A stretch of DNA of 64,000 nucleotides from Blasia pusilla (lineage: Eukaryota), in contig CM114271.1 of NCBI GenBank assembly GCA_050084515.1, positions 38,998,001-39,062,000 on the forward strand, written 5' to 3'. The position numbers and the translations under genes are program-made. Shown here one piece after another: positions 11,724 to 22,730 of this stretch; position 1 is the first letter of the stretch; each line of letters begins with the position of its first letter. The notes below the pieces were generated by a model, which worked only from the letters and a program-made list of their open reading frames with translations, ran no database searches and was not told where the DNA came from.

Positions 11724-13871
11724 CGTACGAGTTTCTTTTCCGGATTTCTGATGTCCTGAAAACTAAGAATTAGAAGGTGATCTTTTCGAATCAAGGTGCA
11801 GCCATGGATGACTAGTTCTAGTGTGGTTGCATACCTGCGTTTACTGAATTAAGAGCACTTCCATCATCAGCAACTCTTGCTTGTATAGAGTGGGCTTCAA
11901 GCTCTTCAGGCACTGCAAATTTTTCTCCAAGCAAGTCGAATATACTTAGTCTCGAAATTGTCACACAACCCTCAGCAATCTAATTTCCAACCTAATCCAG
12001 TATCCTAACTACTAAGTACTAGCTAGAATCAGTTTAAAAGGGTTATTGCTGTATCCAGTGAATTTTAGTGAAATACCTGGGCTGATTGCGTTAACGATCC
12101 CTGAAATACTTGCAAGCCTTCCTAGTATAAAATTGTGCGGGCTAGTTTGAGTACTCGACTCATGTGCGAGCATATTCATATTCGCTGATATTCTTTTCAA
12201 GTAATCTTCCTGTGCAGTAAAAGTACATGCTGATCAGCTTTTATTGAATAGAAAGTGAACAATGACAAATATCTGGGTCATAAACTGCCGCGACCAGACC
12301 TTGCAAGCTTCAAGAGAACCTTTGCAAAATCGGTGACCGAAGAAACATCAAGTGATTCGCTGACGCTAGTGATTCGCATAATTAACCTGATTCACTGCCG
12401 TTTGAAAGATCTTTTCCTCAAAACTCCAGGCCAAGCTCAACAGCTCTCCCACATTTCCTTGCGTATGTCTCTCAAGAGTATCCATTCTGCGTCATAACGT
12501 TCCTCTCCATCAATGACAATTCGGCCTGGTGCGCTGCCTTCAACAAGATTATCGTTTTCCTTGACTACTCATTCCGACGCATACTGCTCTCACAGCCTGC
12601 ACACTGTCATGTTCTCTGTCCTACATTTTGTGTAAGAGAAAGCCAAGATCACAGCAATTATCACACTCTTAAGAACAACAGTGGAACTATTTTGTTTCTG
12701 TTCACATGAAAAAGTAGGATAGTGAAGGCCAAACAAACTCACATTCGCTTGACAATATTCTCCCTAGATTCGAGAGGAAGACCCGCTCTCCAGTCGCTAA
12801 GAATCGCTACACAACCACGACAAATTATGTTTCAATAGCTTGGTGGGACTATCTTGTGTTCCATATCTCACCTGTCCTGTCCTCTCCAATTCTCCGGCAA
12901 GCCTCTTGCTCAGAGAACATATGTAACACCCAAATTATGTATCAGGATCGACTCATCCAAGCCATCCGAGACAATTCAAGAGAGGTCAAAGCATTTCTGA
13001 CGGTGAAACGTAGAGATACATACCTGGGTGGATCGCATTATCAGCACCTTGAACACTCGCAATCTTTGCCTGTAAGGAGGTGGCAGGAGATTGCCCTTCT
13101 CTCTCCAACGAGAGTATTTTTAAAGAGATTTTCCTCAGATACTCTTGCTGTAAAACAAATATCAAGCTGCCAATCCATCAGCCACCTTCATGTCCATAAA
13201 GAAATGATCACACTCTAGAATTCCTAGCAGACGGACTACTTGAGCTCATGAACTGGAACGGCATGTGAGAATATAGAAAACTGGTCGGTTGAGGCCGCGA
13301 CCTGATCTGCAGCAGTCTGGTAAATCTTTTCCTCAAAACGCCAGGCGAGCTTCAGCAGCTCTCTCACATCCTGCCCAGCCATGGGCAACAGTCTCTGGAA
13401 AGCATCTAGTCTGGATTACACAATCACTCCACATCAGGCACTTCATATTTTAAATCTGGTTCTAAAGCATCCTAGTCAACCATCCTTTCAATTGCGTACT
13501 CCTCGCTCCTCACGGTCCACAGGTTAAGAATTCAGAAACACGCCTGACGTTTGAACCAAGATTTATCAACTCCCTCATTCGTTGATTTTGGTACCAAAAT
13601 TATAATGCACTTGGCTATCGATTCCCAGAGTAATCTGATTTTCATAAATGCATTGCAAGGGATGTCTCGTATGAGTGGCTAGAGTGGCGAGCAAGCCTCA
13701 TGGGCTAACGAACATCTTGCTTCTCGTCGAATTTCTAAGAATCCATCAACCTGTTTTATTGATGCCTGGCTATTAAAGAGATCTAATTCGGTCCAAAAGC
13801 ACTCACATGCGCCTGACAATCTTTTCCCTAGCCTCTAGAAGCAAACCGATTCTCCAGTTGCTGTAATCCAT
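11724..13871 (-). CDS. MED15-derived protein with two tandem KIX domains; exons 13871-13807, 13410-13302, 13147-13024, 12806-12743, 12486-12387, 12209-12077, 11912-11835, 11755-11724 (last exon and stop not resolved)
   Basis: Manual splicing gives MDYSNWRIGLLLEAREKIVRRI/LDAFQRLLPMAGQDVRELLKLAWRFEEKIYQTAADQ/QEYLRKISLKILSLE...A/ILSDWRAGLPLESRENIVKRI/MDTLERHTQGNVGELLSLAWSFEEKIFQTAVNQ/EDYLKRISANMNML. All junctions are GT-AG and phase-compatible, and intron positions match exons 1-3 of the MED15a gene at 40592. Confidence 0.82.
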
Positions 13872-15849
13872 CGAAGTTAACGAAGTCTTGTCCCGTACAG
13901 TACTGTTCCGCTTATCGATACGAGGGTAACAATCTGAACAAATCGGGCCGACTAACTGTCTGACGCCCCCCTGATCCAATCCAATCTTATCAACGCCCGA
14001 GCGAATACGCTACCTAGCAAGGTAATTCCATCCGCATGTCAAAACGGTAACGCCACCGACACTGCGTATCCCCATGGCTTCCCACGGAAAAGTACGACTC
14101 TATCTAAGAGTAGAACTGCAAACCCTCGTTGTCCAAAATTGTCTGGTCACAGACGAATCCGTAAGATCTTTGCAAGTGCGCAATGCCCAGTCTGGCTCCT
14201 CAACGACTGTAAGTGGTCTGCAGATGTTGCAAGGAAACAAGTGAACGCAGAAGTCCCCAGATCTTCAATTCCCAACCCATCCACGGACCAGCAACCAGAG
14301 AATTGCCAGTATAATCTGCTTCAACGACCGCTGCGGACGATCGTCAACCCTTTGCCTATTCCTCGCCTAGTTTCCAAAACTTCAACACGGCAGTAATCCT
14401 GGAATTCTGATGAACTTCGCTCGACCTGCAGCTCTTGGGCTGCGGGAGAAGAGCCGTTCCTCCTCGTCTCTTGAATAATAAAGCACTAGATCAACGGAAA
14501 ATTAGTCCAAAGCACTCGCTCGGCACTGGCCTACCGAAGGAAATGAAGGACAGAGCAGATTTCCACTAAAGGACCTCGGTGGAATATATTCCCGTAAAGT
14601 CAGGATCTGCTACGGCGAGAGGTTGAGGAGAGTTCTGAACGGGAAATTGGATCAGGGCGGAATAGATTCCCACGAACAGGACCAGTGAGCGAAGTGCGCA
14701 TACATTCTGCAATGCACTCTCATGACATAAGAAAAATGTCCACATCCTAGGGCACTGGTCCACATTCAGCCCTTCCGACTCCGTACACGACGGCTTCACA
14801 AATAAAAGCAGCAGCCTAGAGTCCTAGACTCTGGCCCTAGAGGCTGGTCTTCTATTCTACACTGTACTACGCCCGTCGTGATTATCCACAGAGCACAAAA
14901 CTCCAGGCGGACTGACTGCTGAGCAATCAGTCAGCCTGAGGGGGATGAGCAGTCACTGCTCGTCCGCCTCAGGAAATCTCCTCTTCCGATTCGCTGATTC
15001 CTGCTTTCTCAAAAGGTCATCGGAATAGAATACACTTTCTTTTTTTGTTTTATTTTCTTGTTTGTCTCTGTCTAACTATTTCTCTCCCTGTCTCCCTATC
15101 TCTGCACCGTCCAGCCAGGCACTCATTAATGAGTACAGTCTCTCTCTCTCTCTCGCTTCTGTCTGAGTTTTTATCCTAGATCGGCTCGTAGATCACGCCT
15201 AAACCTCACGGAGAGAATTTCAAATCGAATCATTGGGGAGTCCGTTATCGAGTTCTTCAGAAGTTCGGGATTCGGGAAGCGCAATGGGAAGCTCCGCTCG
15301 TGGTCGAGTTTACTACAGTAGATAGACGCATATGAAATCTCCACAAGCTTGTCTATTCGTCAAGTTGGCGGACATCTTTGGTCGGTTTAAGGGGACAAAC
15401 TTTCGGTCCGAAGCTCTCTCTTACAATTTTCGTGTGGTTATCAACGCAGAACTAGAGCTCCCACTTTATGGAGTCGTCCTAGGCTGGCACCACTGTTCTG
15501 GCTCTATCGATAGATCGTGAGGGTGGTCCTAGCCCGCTGCGATTCCATGACAGAGCGAACGGAGAGTGGCGCGGGGAGAATTTCCCATGAACACAACAGT
15601 GCTGAGATCTGCTACGGATTCTGCCCCGTGTCTTGTCGATGGGGAGGTTGCGCTTTTGACCAACTCCATCGAACCGGACCGGGGCAGTTGACTAGTACGA
15701 CTTGCAGCTGACCAATGCCACTCAGCTATTGATCATGGAACATCTGTCCGTACAATGACTAGTTCTTGTCTCCTACGCAATAGGGAAGGATCACTAATTT
15801 TAGGGAGTATCGGTAATACACCAATCCTAATTTTAAAAGTGTCAGAAAA

Positions 15850-16023
15850 GTTTTTTGTTAGTTAGTGTATAAGAAAAGGCTAAACATATTACACATAATT
15901 TCAATTTTTTGTGAAATATCTTCATGTTGCCCATTTGAAGAGTTTTTGTTAGTGTATAAGAGAAATATTAAACATACCACACACAAATTCAAATTTTTTG
16001 TGAAATATTTTCATGTTGTCCAT
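15850..16023. repeat. Two diverged AT-rich tandem copies of a ~90-bp unit
   Basis: GTTAGTGTATAAGA..AAACATA..ACACA..AATTTTTTGTGAAATAT.TTCATGTTG.CCAT occurs twice in tandem. Confidence 0.7.
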
Positions 16024-16071
16024 AGCGAGATGTTTGTAAATCAAGGAAGCAGTCTCCCAAAATAATATACA

Positions 16072-16100
16072 CTAGTAGGGTTTCCGTGCGATGCACGCGA
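16072..16100 (-). mobile_element. Helitron-like 3' terminus (hairpin + CTAG|T)
   Basis: The minus strand reads CGTGC-ATC-GCACG-GAAACCCTA-CTAG|T: a GC-rich hairpin ~9 nt before CTAG and a T target, which is the canonical Helitron 3' end layout. Confidence 0.6.
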
Positions 16101-16249
16101 CAAGAAGGGACAGAATAAAAAATTGGGATGAGGTATGGAGGAAGAAAATGGCAACAAGCCAATACAAAACCAAGTCAATGAGTTACATGATTAATAGTTT
16201 GAAACAAATCGGACAAGAACACTAGTGGTTGGTTAGGCCAGAACGGAAG

Positions 16250-17590
16250 ACGAGGTGAGTGGGCCCCAAGTGCTTTAGCTCAACATATCAACGCAAATGC
16301 TTATGCACATTGTAAATCCATGGAAAAGCATTGTAAAAAATAATTAGTCACTAGGGAGAGAGAAGGACTATGAAAAGAGGAAAGGTGATGATCCTCGAGG
16401 GAGTGGTGAGCACATGTATCCGAGAAAGTATCCAAAGGGAAATGTAAGTGCCTAAATACTTCTACTGCAAAAGGAGTAAATCCATCAGTTGCATGTCTCA
16501 CCACATAACTCCTTCATTCTTGTTACTACATTGGCCGCTGAACCTTTACTATGTGCCACTTAATACACCAAATCAAAACAACAACATCACTCAATAGACG
16601 AATGTCACCTCGAGACGTAACAAGATCAAATCTCCGATGAGAAATTGCTTGTGTAGTAAAGGGTAGAAGATATGACACGTAGCTATTCTTGCCTAGCATT
16701 GTACCCTATTGTACAAACCATGGATGTTGCCTCCTCTCTCATCACATCATGGATTGTTGTTCATTCTGTGTCATGTGCAAATTGGAGAATGTCCATACCA
16801 ATTACATTAATGGGCTCCGTGTATACATAATTTGGCATACCTAGAAGTGAAGGATAAGGAAGTCTAAGGTGTAGCCTCCAATCTGCGAGAACATATTCTA
16901 GAAAGACGAAATAGAACACGAGGAGGACTTGCAGTAAGCCATGCACCTACTCATCTACCCACACATGAATGCAAAAAAGTTTGATGAATGTCATAGGATG
17001 TCTCAAAGAGAATGTTGGAAAAGTTGATTTGGTGCAAATTCTTGGAGATAAGCTCTTGAAGTCAATCGAGCCCTTTGTAATCAATTGAGTGAAGGGGGTA
17101 GAATTACTTGTGTAGGAAGTGGAAGAAGAGCCTCGAATGATCTCACTTGTTGGAATAATAGATTTCCATCCTCTACAAAGGCCAAATGATTCATCAAGAT
17201 AGATGCATCTCCTTTGAGAAATCTTGAATTCATAATCAAGGCAACCAAAGCCTAACTTCCCAAAAAAATTATGGTGCATATGCAATTAATGAGGAAAGCC
17301 TTACACCTCGAAAAGAAATAAGAAAGATATTGTGTCGTGAAGCCAAGACACCATCATCTCCCACAAAGTATTTGAACCAAGAAGTTGATCGAAAGTTGTT
17401 ATGATAGAAGTGTCAAAAGAGGTCAACCAATGTAAGAACTCTAAAGTGGGAGAATAAATGCAATGAAGGTAGAAGAGATGTTGTAGAAAACCTTGGGATA
17501 GAATCCCATAAGAAACTTGGGGATACCATACATGAGATAACAAATGGATCCATTCTATATTTTTCAAAAGGGTCTCATCCAAGAACTTGG
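16250..17590 (-). mobile_element. Degraded non-LTR retrotransposon C-terminus (CRE-like zinc motif + restriction-like endonuclease)
   Basis: Broken minus-strand frames give GAWLTASP, WRLHLRLPYP...GMDILQFAHDTE*TTIHDVMRE (resembling LRLRLGLP..G.HLL.C..G.ER...HD.VR), RRFDLVTSRGDIRLLSDVVV and DGFTPFAVEVFRHLH. This is the motif order of REL-endonuclease non-LTR elements. Confidence 0.55.
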
Positions 17591-17639
17591 AGATCTAGTC
17601 AATGAAGCTAATGGCGACCCCAAGAACCCAAACCCCTTT

Positions 17640-19797
17640 TGTTGTACGCCTACTCAAACGTCGATCTCATGCGGTGCAAAAGCTTGCATTTAGTAGGTCA
17701 CACTCACACCACTAATTTGCATCCAAACACACTTACATTAGTCCTAGTTCGAGTCCATCAGCCTTACATCTCCAACAGTTCCTAAGTCAGGCTATCCATC
17801 AAGCCCAAAAATTCCTATCCCCTCTCTTCCCAACACAAGCAAGTCTTTCTTGACTTGGAACACACTTCCTAGATAGTCCAAGCACTTACAATATCACTTA
17901 CACGCCTCGCGATTCCAAATTTCCAATGAATCTTAAATGAGTCTTTAACCGAGACCCAAAATACGAATCCAAGGTTACATTCATAATTAGCTCTCTTGGA
18001 CTTGCCTCGGTGTCCACACCCCAAAGCCAACACCCGATCCATTCGGTGCCTTTGGTTTACCCCAAGGCTCCCCAAAGTTGAGTTCAAGTTTCAAGCACCC
18101 TTGGAAACCCTTCCCCTTATGTATAGTTTTGGAGATCCCCATCCCCTCTCCACTTTTGAGAAAATCAGACCGCTCATTTTAGCCCTAAACCCAATTATCA
18201 TTTTGATAGTTTAGAGGTAATTTCTCAATCTTTGTTCATATGTTTGTCTCGATCTTTGTTGCATTGGAATTATTTACGCATAAGCTTTCCAACGCCACCT
18301 TATGAATCCCAAGCACATCTTGGATGTGATCATCATGACTTTAAACACCATAAAACCTCAAATGCCAATAAAGTTCCAAGTCTCCTTGGCACCCAACTCT
18401 CATGGGACTTGAGCTCCTCTCAAGTCCTACTTGGCATTTGTTCTTATTCCACTTGGTTATGAATATCATCCTTGAGACGCCCAACAAGGCTTGTGTCTCA
18501 CTTAAAAATCATGTCTCATTCTAGAGACTTCGATGCGCTTCCATCTTTGTGTGAGCCCACTAGAGCTATGATGTTTTGCATTGTCGCAAGTTTGGCTATG
18601 AGGGCCACGACACTCATCCATCTTTAGAGGTTGATGCCCTCATGGAGGCAAAACTTTTAATATCAAATATTTTTGGGAAGCCGACCCCTTGACATCAAAT
18701 TTCATTCTCATAGCTAACTTGTAATTCCTCTTTTGGCTTAAGTTTTAGGTTCTCGCATGCACCACTTAGAAACATTTAGCTTCTCCTTTGAGGTAAACTT
18801 AGATCAGCTTCACCACGCTAATCTAAATTAACCTAATAAGTTATCCAAGTAAGTTTGCTATCAATGATTTGATTGCTCATAATATGCATGTTAACATCCC
18901 ACATGTTCACAGAGTCCACAAGACATAATACTTTTGGATCACTAGTGAGTTTGACTTATAATTAGGCGCATCTCTAAGCTTACTTATGAAATCATAAGTA
19001 AGATCAACCCAAGCCCCAAGATAGAATCATATACCTCGTCAACGCTAGGGTCAGCCCAAGTGTCGATTCCTCAACACTATAGTTTGTTCTATGTGCTTAT
19101 CCAAATCGCTCACTTCAAATTTGCCTCGCATCTCCTCTTGACATTGTCGTGCGCATACACATCGCTACACAACATGCATCGTTGTCACCAAACACACACA
19201 CAAATATGCACGATCCCATGCTAACTCATGGCATCCAAACAATGAGACAAGAAGTACTAAAATATTTCCAATCTCTTTGTAAAGTAAGATCCAATCTCTC
19301 TCTCTCTCTACACCATCTCACACCATAGCTCTCAAAGGTGTGAACTCTCCCTCATGTCAAACCAAACCCACTCTCCTAATGAGAGGCTTGGGTTACACTC
19401 ACAAGGCAAGGGACCATAGCTCCGCCACCTCATGCCAAGAGATTCAACAAAGAGAGAATGAGCTCTCAAGCTCTCTCCTTGAGGTATACTACTCACCTCT
19501 CCAAAGCTCTCTCCATGGTAACCTATTTTCCCAATTCATCTCCTTGGCTCTTGACTTGATGTAGGAGGTCAAGGGCCAATTAACAAAAATAGAAAGTTGA
19601 TCATATACTCAAAATGTTACTTGCCTAAAATAGTAAGTTCCTCAATATGGCTCCAAATAAGCCGAAACAAAGGGGAAACCTACTCTCTCAGGTTTCCCAG
19701 GGCCTCATCTGGTCATCCTCGACCTATTGAGCCTATCCTCCACTACTCACAAAGGCGCTCTACTAGATCTCACCGATCTATCCTAAAAGACGTGACA
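17640..19797 (-). mobile_element. Long (~2.16 kb) LTR of a Gypsy-type family, solo or truncated
   Basis: TG...CA termini (tgttgtac at 17640, cgtgaca at 19797). 19272-19797 is the reverse complement of 58128-58648, and the other end matches the fragments at 42480-43397 and 52131-52803. No matching TSD seen. Confidence 0.75.
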
Positions 19798-20019
19798 ACA
19801 TACATCCTAAGCACATGAGGAACTATTCATTGCCATGTACTACCATAAAAAATTGAAATATTCCACTTATGCATAGAATTTCCAAATCCATGCACCACTT
19901 TATTTCCAAAACTAGTACATTCTAGTTATAACGACTTTGAGTTGCCCAAGCTCCAACAATCACAATTTATGTCCCTAGCCTCTCCATATACTAACGCATG
20001 TGCTTTCATTGCATCCGTT

Positions 20020-21100
20020 TGAAGTCTTGTAATACCTCTTAAGCATGTTCTAAATTTTCCTCTGCAATCCAAGTCACCTCTACAGTAGCCCCATCAATTG
20101 ACCAAGTATTCATACTTGTTGGCCCTCTATCTTGAACGCAAGATAGTCTCCACTTTAAACTCCGATTCTTCCTTGATGATCACCGTCGCATCGGTTAGGG
20201 TCTTACTATTTGCCTTTGCTCAGGACGCCCATTATCCTATAAGAGCCTCTTCAATAATGACACATGGAAAGTTGAGTGGATCTTGAACTCTTCTGGAAGT
20301 TCCAACGTGTAGACATCCCCAAACGAGTTGGCCTTGATTACATACGATTAAGCATACTTGGCACACAAATTTGCAGACAACTCTTTCGGAAGAGTGAGAT
20401 TCTTCACACTCAACCGCATAATTTCTTAAGTATTGATTCATGAAGAAGTTTACTCACTCTGTTTAACCATTTTTCTGGGGATAGAAAGTTTTGCTAAAAT
20501 TCAACTTTGTCCTCAATCTTCTAAATATATATTTCCAAAAGGAACCGTTAAACTTTGGATCTTGGTCTGCTACAAAATTCCTTGGTAACCCATGTAATCG
20601 CCACCAATTATCTAATAAAAGTCAAGAAGCCGTATAGGCCATTGTAGAATCTACCATCGGGACCAACCTCCCCAACTTGTTGAACCGATTAACCATCACC
20701 AATATGGCATTGTATGCCTTAGACTTTGGAAGACTCATTATGAAATCCATACTTATGCTTTGCAAGGGTCTTTCTAGAGTCCGAAATGGATGAAGTAAGC
20801 CTTGTTTCTTCCCATAAGAAACTCTACTTGCTTGGCACGTTACACAAGTCTTCAAAAAGTGAGCAACATCCTCCTTCATATTGGCCAAAAGAACCTCTTA
20901 ATTAGAATAGAAAGCATGGATTTCTACCCTTTATGTCTCGCCAAGGATCCATCATGACACTCTATCAATACCTTCTTTTAAAGCTTATCTCCTCTAACAT
21001 AGATTTTGCTCTTGTTAAACCTTAATAAACCTCAAACTGATGTTGGCTATTATCTTCTCTCCCTACTTCAATTTCCTTAAGTACTCCTTTGCTTGGGTAT
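20020..21100 (-). mobile_element. Gypsy (chromovirus-like) integrase remnant with C-terminal chromodomain
   Basis: ORF 20622-20888 reads MKEDVAHFLKTCVTCQ...GLLHP...QSISMDFIMSLPKSKAYNAILVMVNRFNK (integrase Zn-finger/core junction). A chromodomain-like EFKVETILRSR*RANKYEYLVN*WGY lies at ~20085-20165. Confidence 0.8.
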
Positions 21101-21690
21101 CCTTCACGAATCCTTCTCTCCAAATTTTTCCCTTTGGGAAATATTGCTCTCTAGACTTGCGTCAATGGCATATGCACGTATTCATCCCTTTGAGGATGTA
21201 TTTGAGTAGAGTTGAGTTTCCATTTTGGGAAGTGGCCCTTGATCCTCGATATTCAGGTCAAGAGCCAATTGATGTAAGGAAGTGCGAAGTAGTGACATAA
21301 AGTGTTGAAAGAGTAAGGAAGACGTATGAGAGTAATTGACCTAAATAAATCTGTACATAAAAATAGGCACTAATAGAGAAGGAACAAAAACTAGAAAACC
21401 ATATGAAAAGAATGAACTTGCCAAGACAATCATAACAAGACTAAGTACACCAAAAAATAGATACTCCATCAAAAGTTTTAAAGGGAATTGGAAACAGTAA
21501 ATAGAAGGATGTAAGGAGAAAGTGAAAGCCACTCACAGAAGATTGTTATGAAGGGATAAGGTCATAATGTTTGTCCCGACGAGTAGCAAACGATTGAGAA
21601 AAATCTAAAAGAGGAATCCTTTGAACGGATTGTAACTTGGGATCGCATGATAAAAAGAACGCAATTGAGTATGTGAAATTGCATTTATGA

Positions 21691-21801
21691 ATCTATGGGC
21701 TTATTCATGGGAGAAGGAGGTGCAAGATCCCAAGAAATTATGGGATTTAACAAATTTCTTGGGATCTTGCACCTCCTTCTCCCATGAATAAGCCCATAGA
21801 T
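21691..21801. repeat. Perfect 49-bp inverted repeat with a 13-nt loop
   Basis: 21691-21739 ATCTATGGGCTTATTCATGGGAGAAGGAGGTGCAAGATCCCAAGAAATT is the exact reverse complement of 21753-21801. Confidence 0.95.
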
Positions 21802-22419
21802 GAACATAATTGTAAAAAAGAATAACCTAAAGTTCAAGCTTAAGAAGATGAACAAGTCGAGTATAAGATCCAAAAGATTGGAGTAAGATTGAAAGAGTTA
21901 CTAACAAAACACTTAGCAATCCTTCATGTCCTCTTCCTCCTCCCCTAGGAGTCCCCCTCCTCCTAACACCAAATGATCCAAATCCCACCAATCAAATTTC
22001 CATTTGTAGACTCTACTCAACAAATTGTATTGAGGAAAGGTTTCTTTTCCTATAGCATGAGCAGCACTAAATTTCTTTTGGTGGATAATATGACTAGTAA
22101 TTCCATATTCTACTCTAGTGTATTAAAATAGTTCGGCCCTATGCTATAGAGGATCACAATGATTGGCTAGATCCATGTAATCACTGCTCTTATTGCGGAC
22201 CTTAATCAAAACTCTAAGAAGTATAAGTCGGGTCCAAATTCATTACCAAGAATACTTACACCTTCAATTCAAATGGATAAGACGTAACAAAATATTCTTA
22301 CTAGTGTGCAACCAAAAAATTTTTTTTTTTGGATCCAATGTTATCATGAGATTTATTTTTCTTGTCCCAATGCCATATGTCAATCAAAGAGAATTTTGCA
22401 AATCTTCTCATAATAATAT

Positions 22420-22721
22420 TGTGGAAAACTGCTAAACAAGCATAACTGGTGGAAAACGGCTCTCACACATACACACCACTATGGAGAACGAAATTTGCAA
22501 TCAGAGAATGGGTGGAGGCTAGTCCTCTTCTCAATTATATAGGGTATATACAAGCAACCCTAACCCTATCCTTAACCATAGTCTCGAGTTAGCCTAACTG
22601 TGATTAACTAACCCTAGTTAAGATAATCGTGTTTAACTAACTAACCAAGATTAAGCTTCCCTACTTCGTGTGAGTGCAGTTCAGGTGTCTCATGAGTTTG
22701 ACTATAACTCAATCTTTAATA
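22420..22721 (-). repeat. Copia 3' LTR (302 bp)
   Basis: Adjacent to the PPT; direct repeat of 27410-27703. Confidence 0.93.
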
Positions 22722-22730
22722 CTCCCCCTC

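Noticed and set aside
17640-21100. The LTR and the chromodomain integrase as one intact element
   Set aside because: There is no PPT next to the LTR start at 19797 and no partner LTR or TSD, so I treated them as separate fragments.
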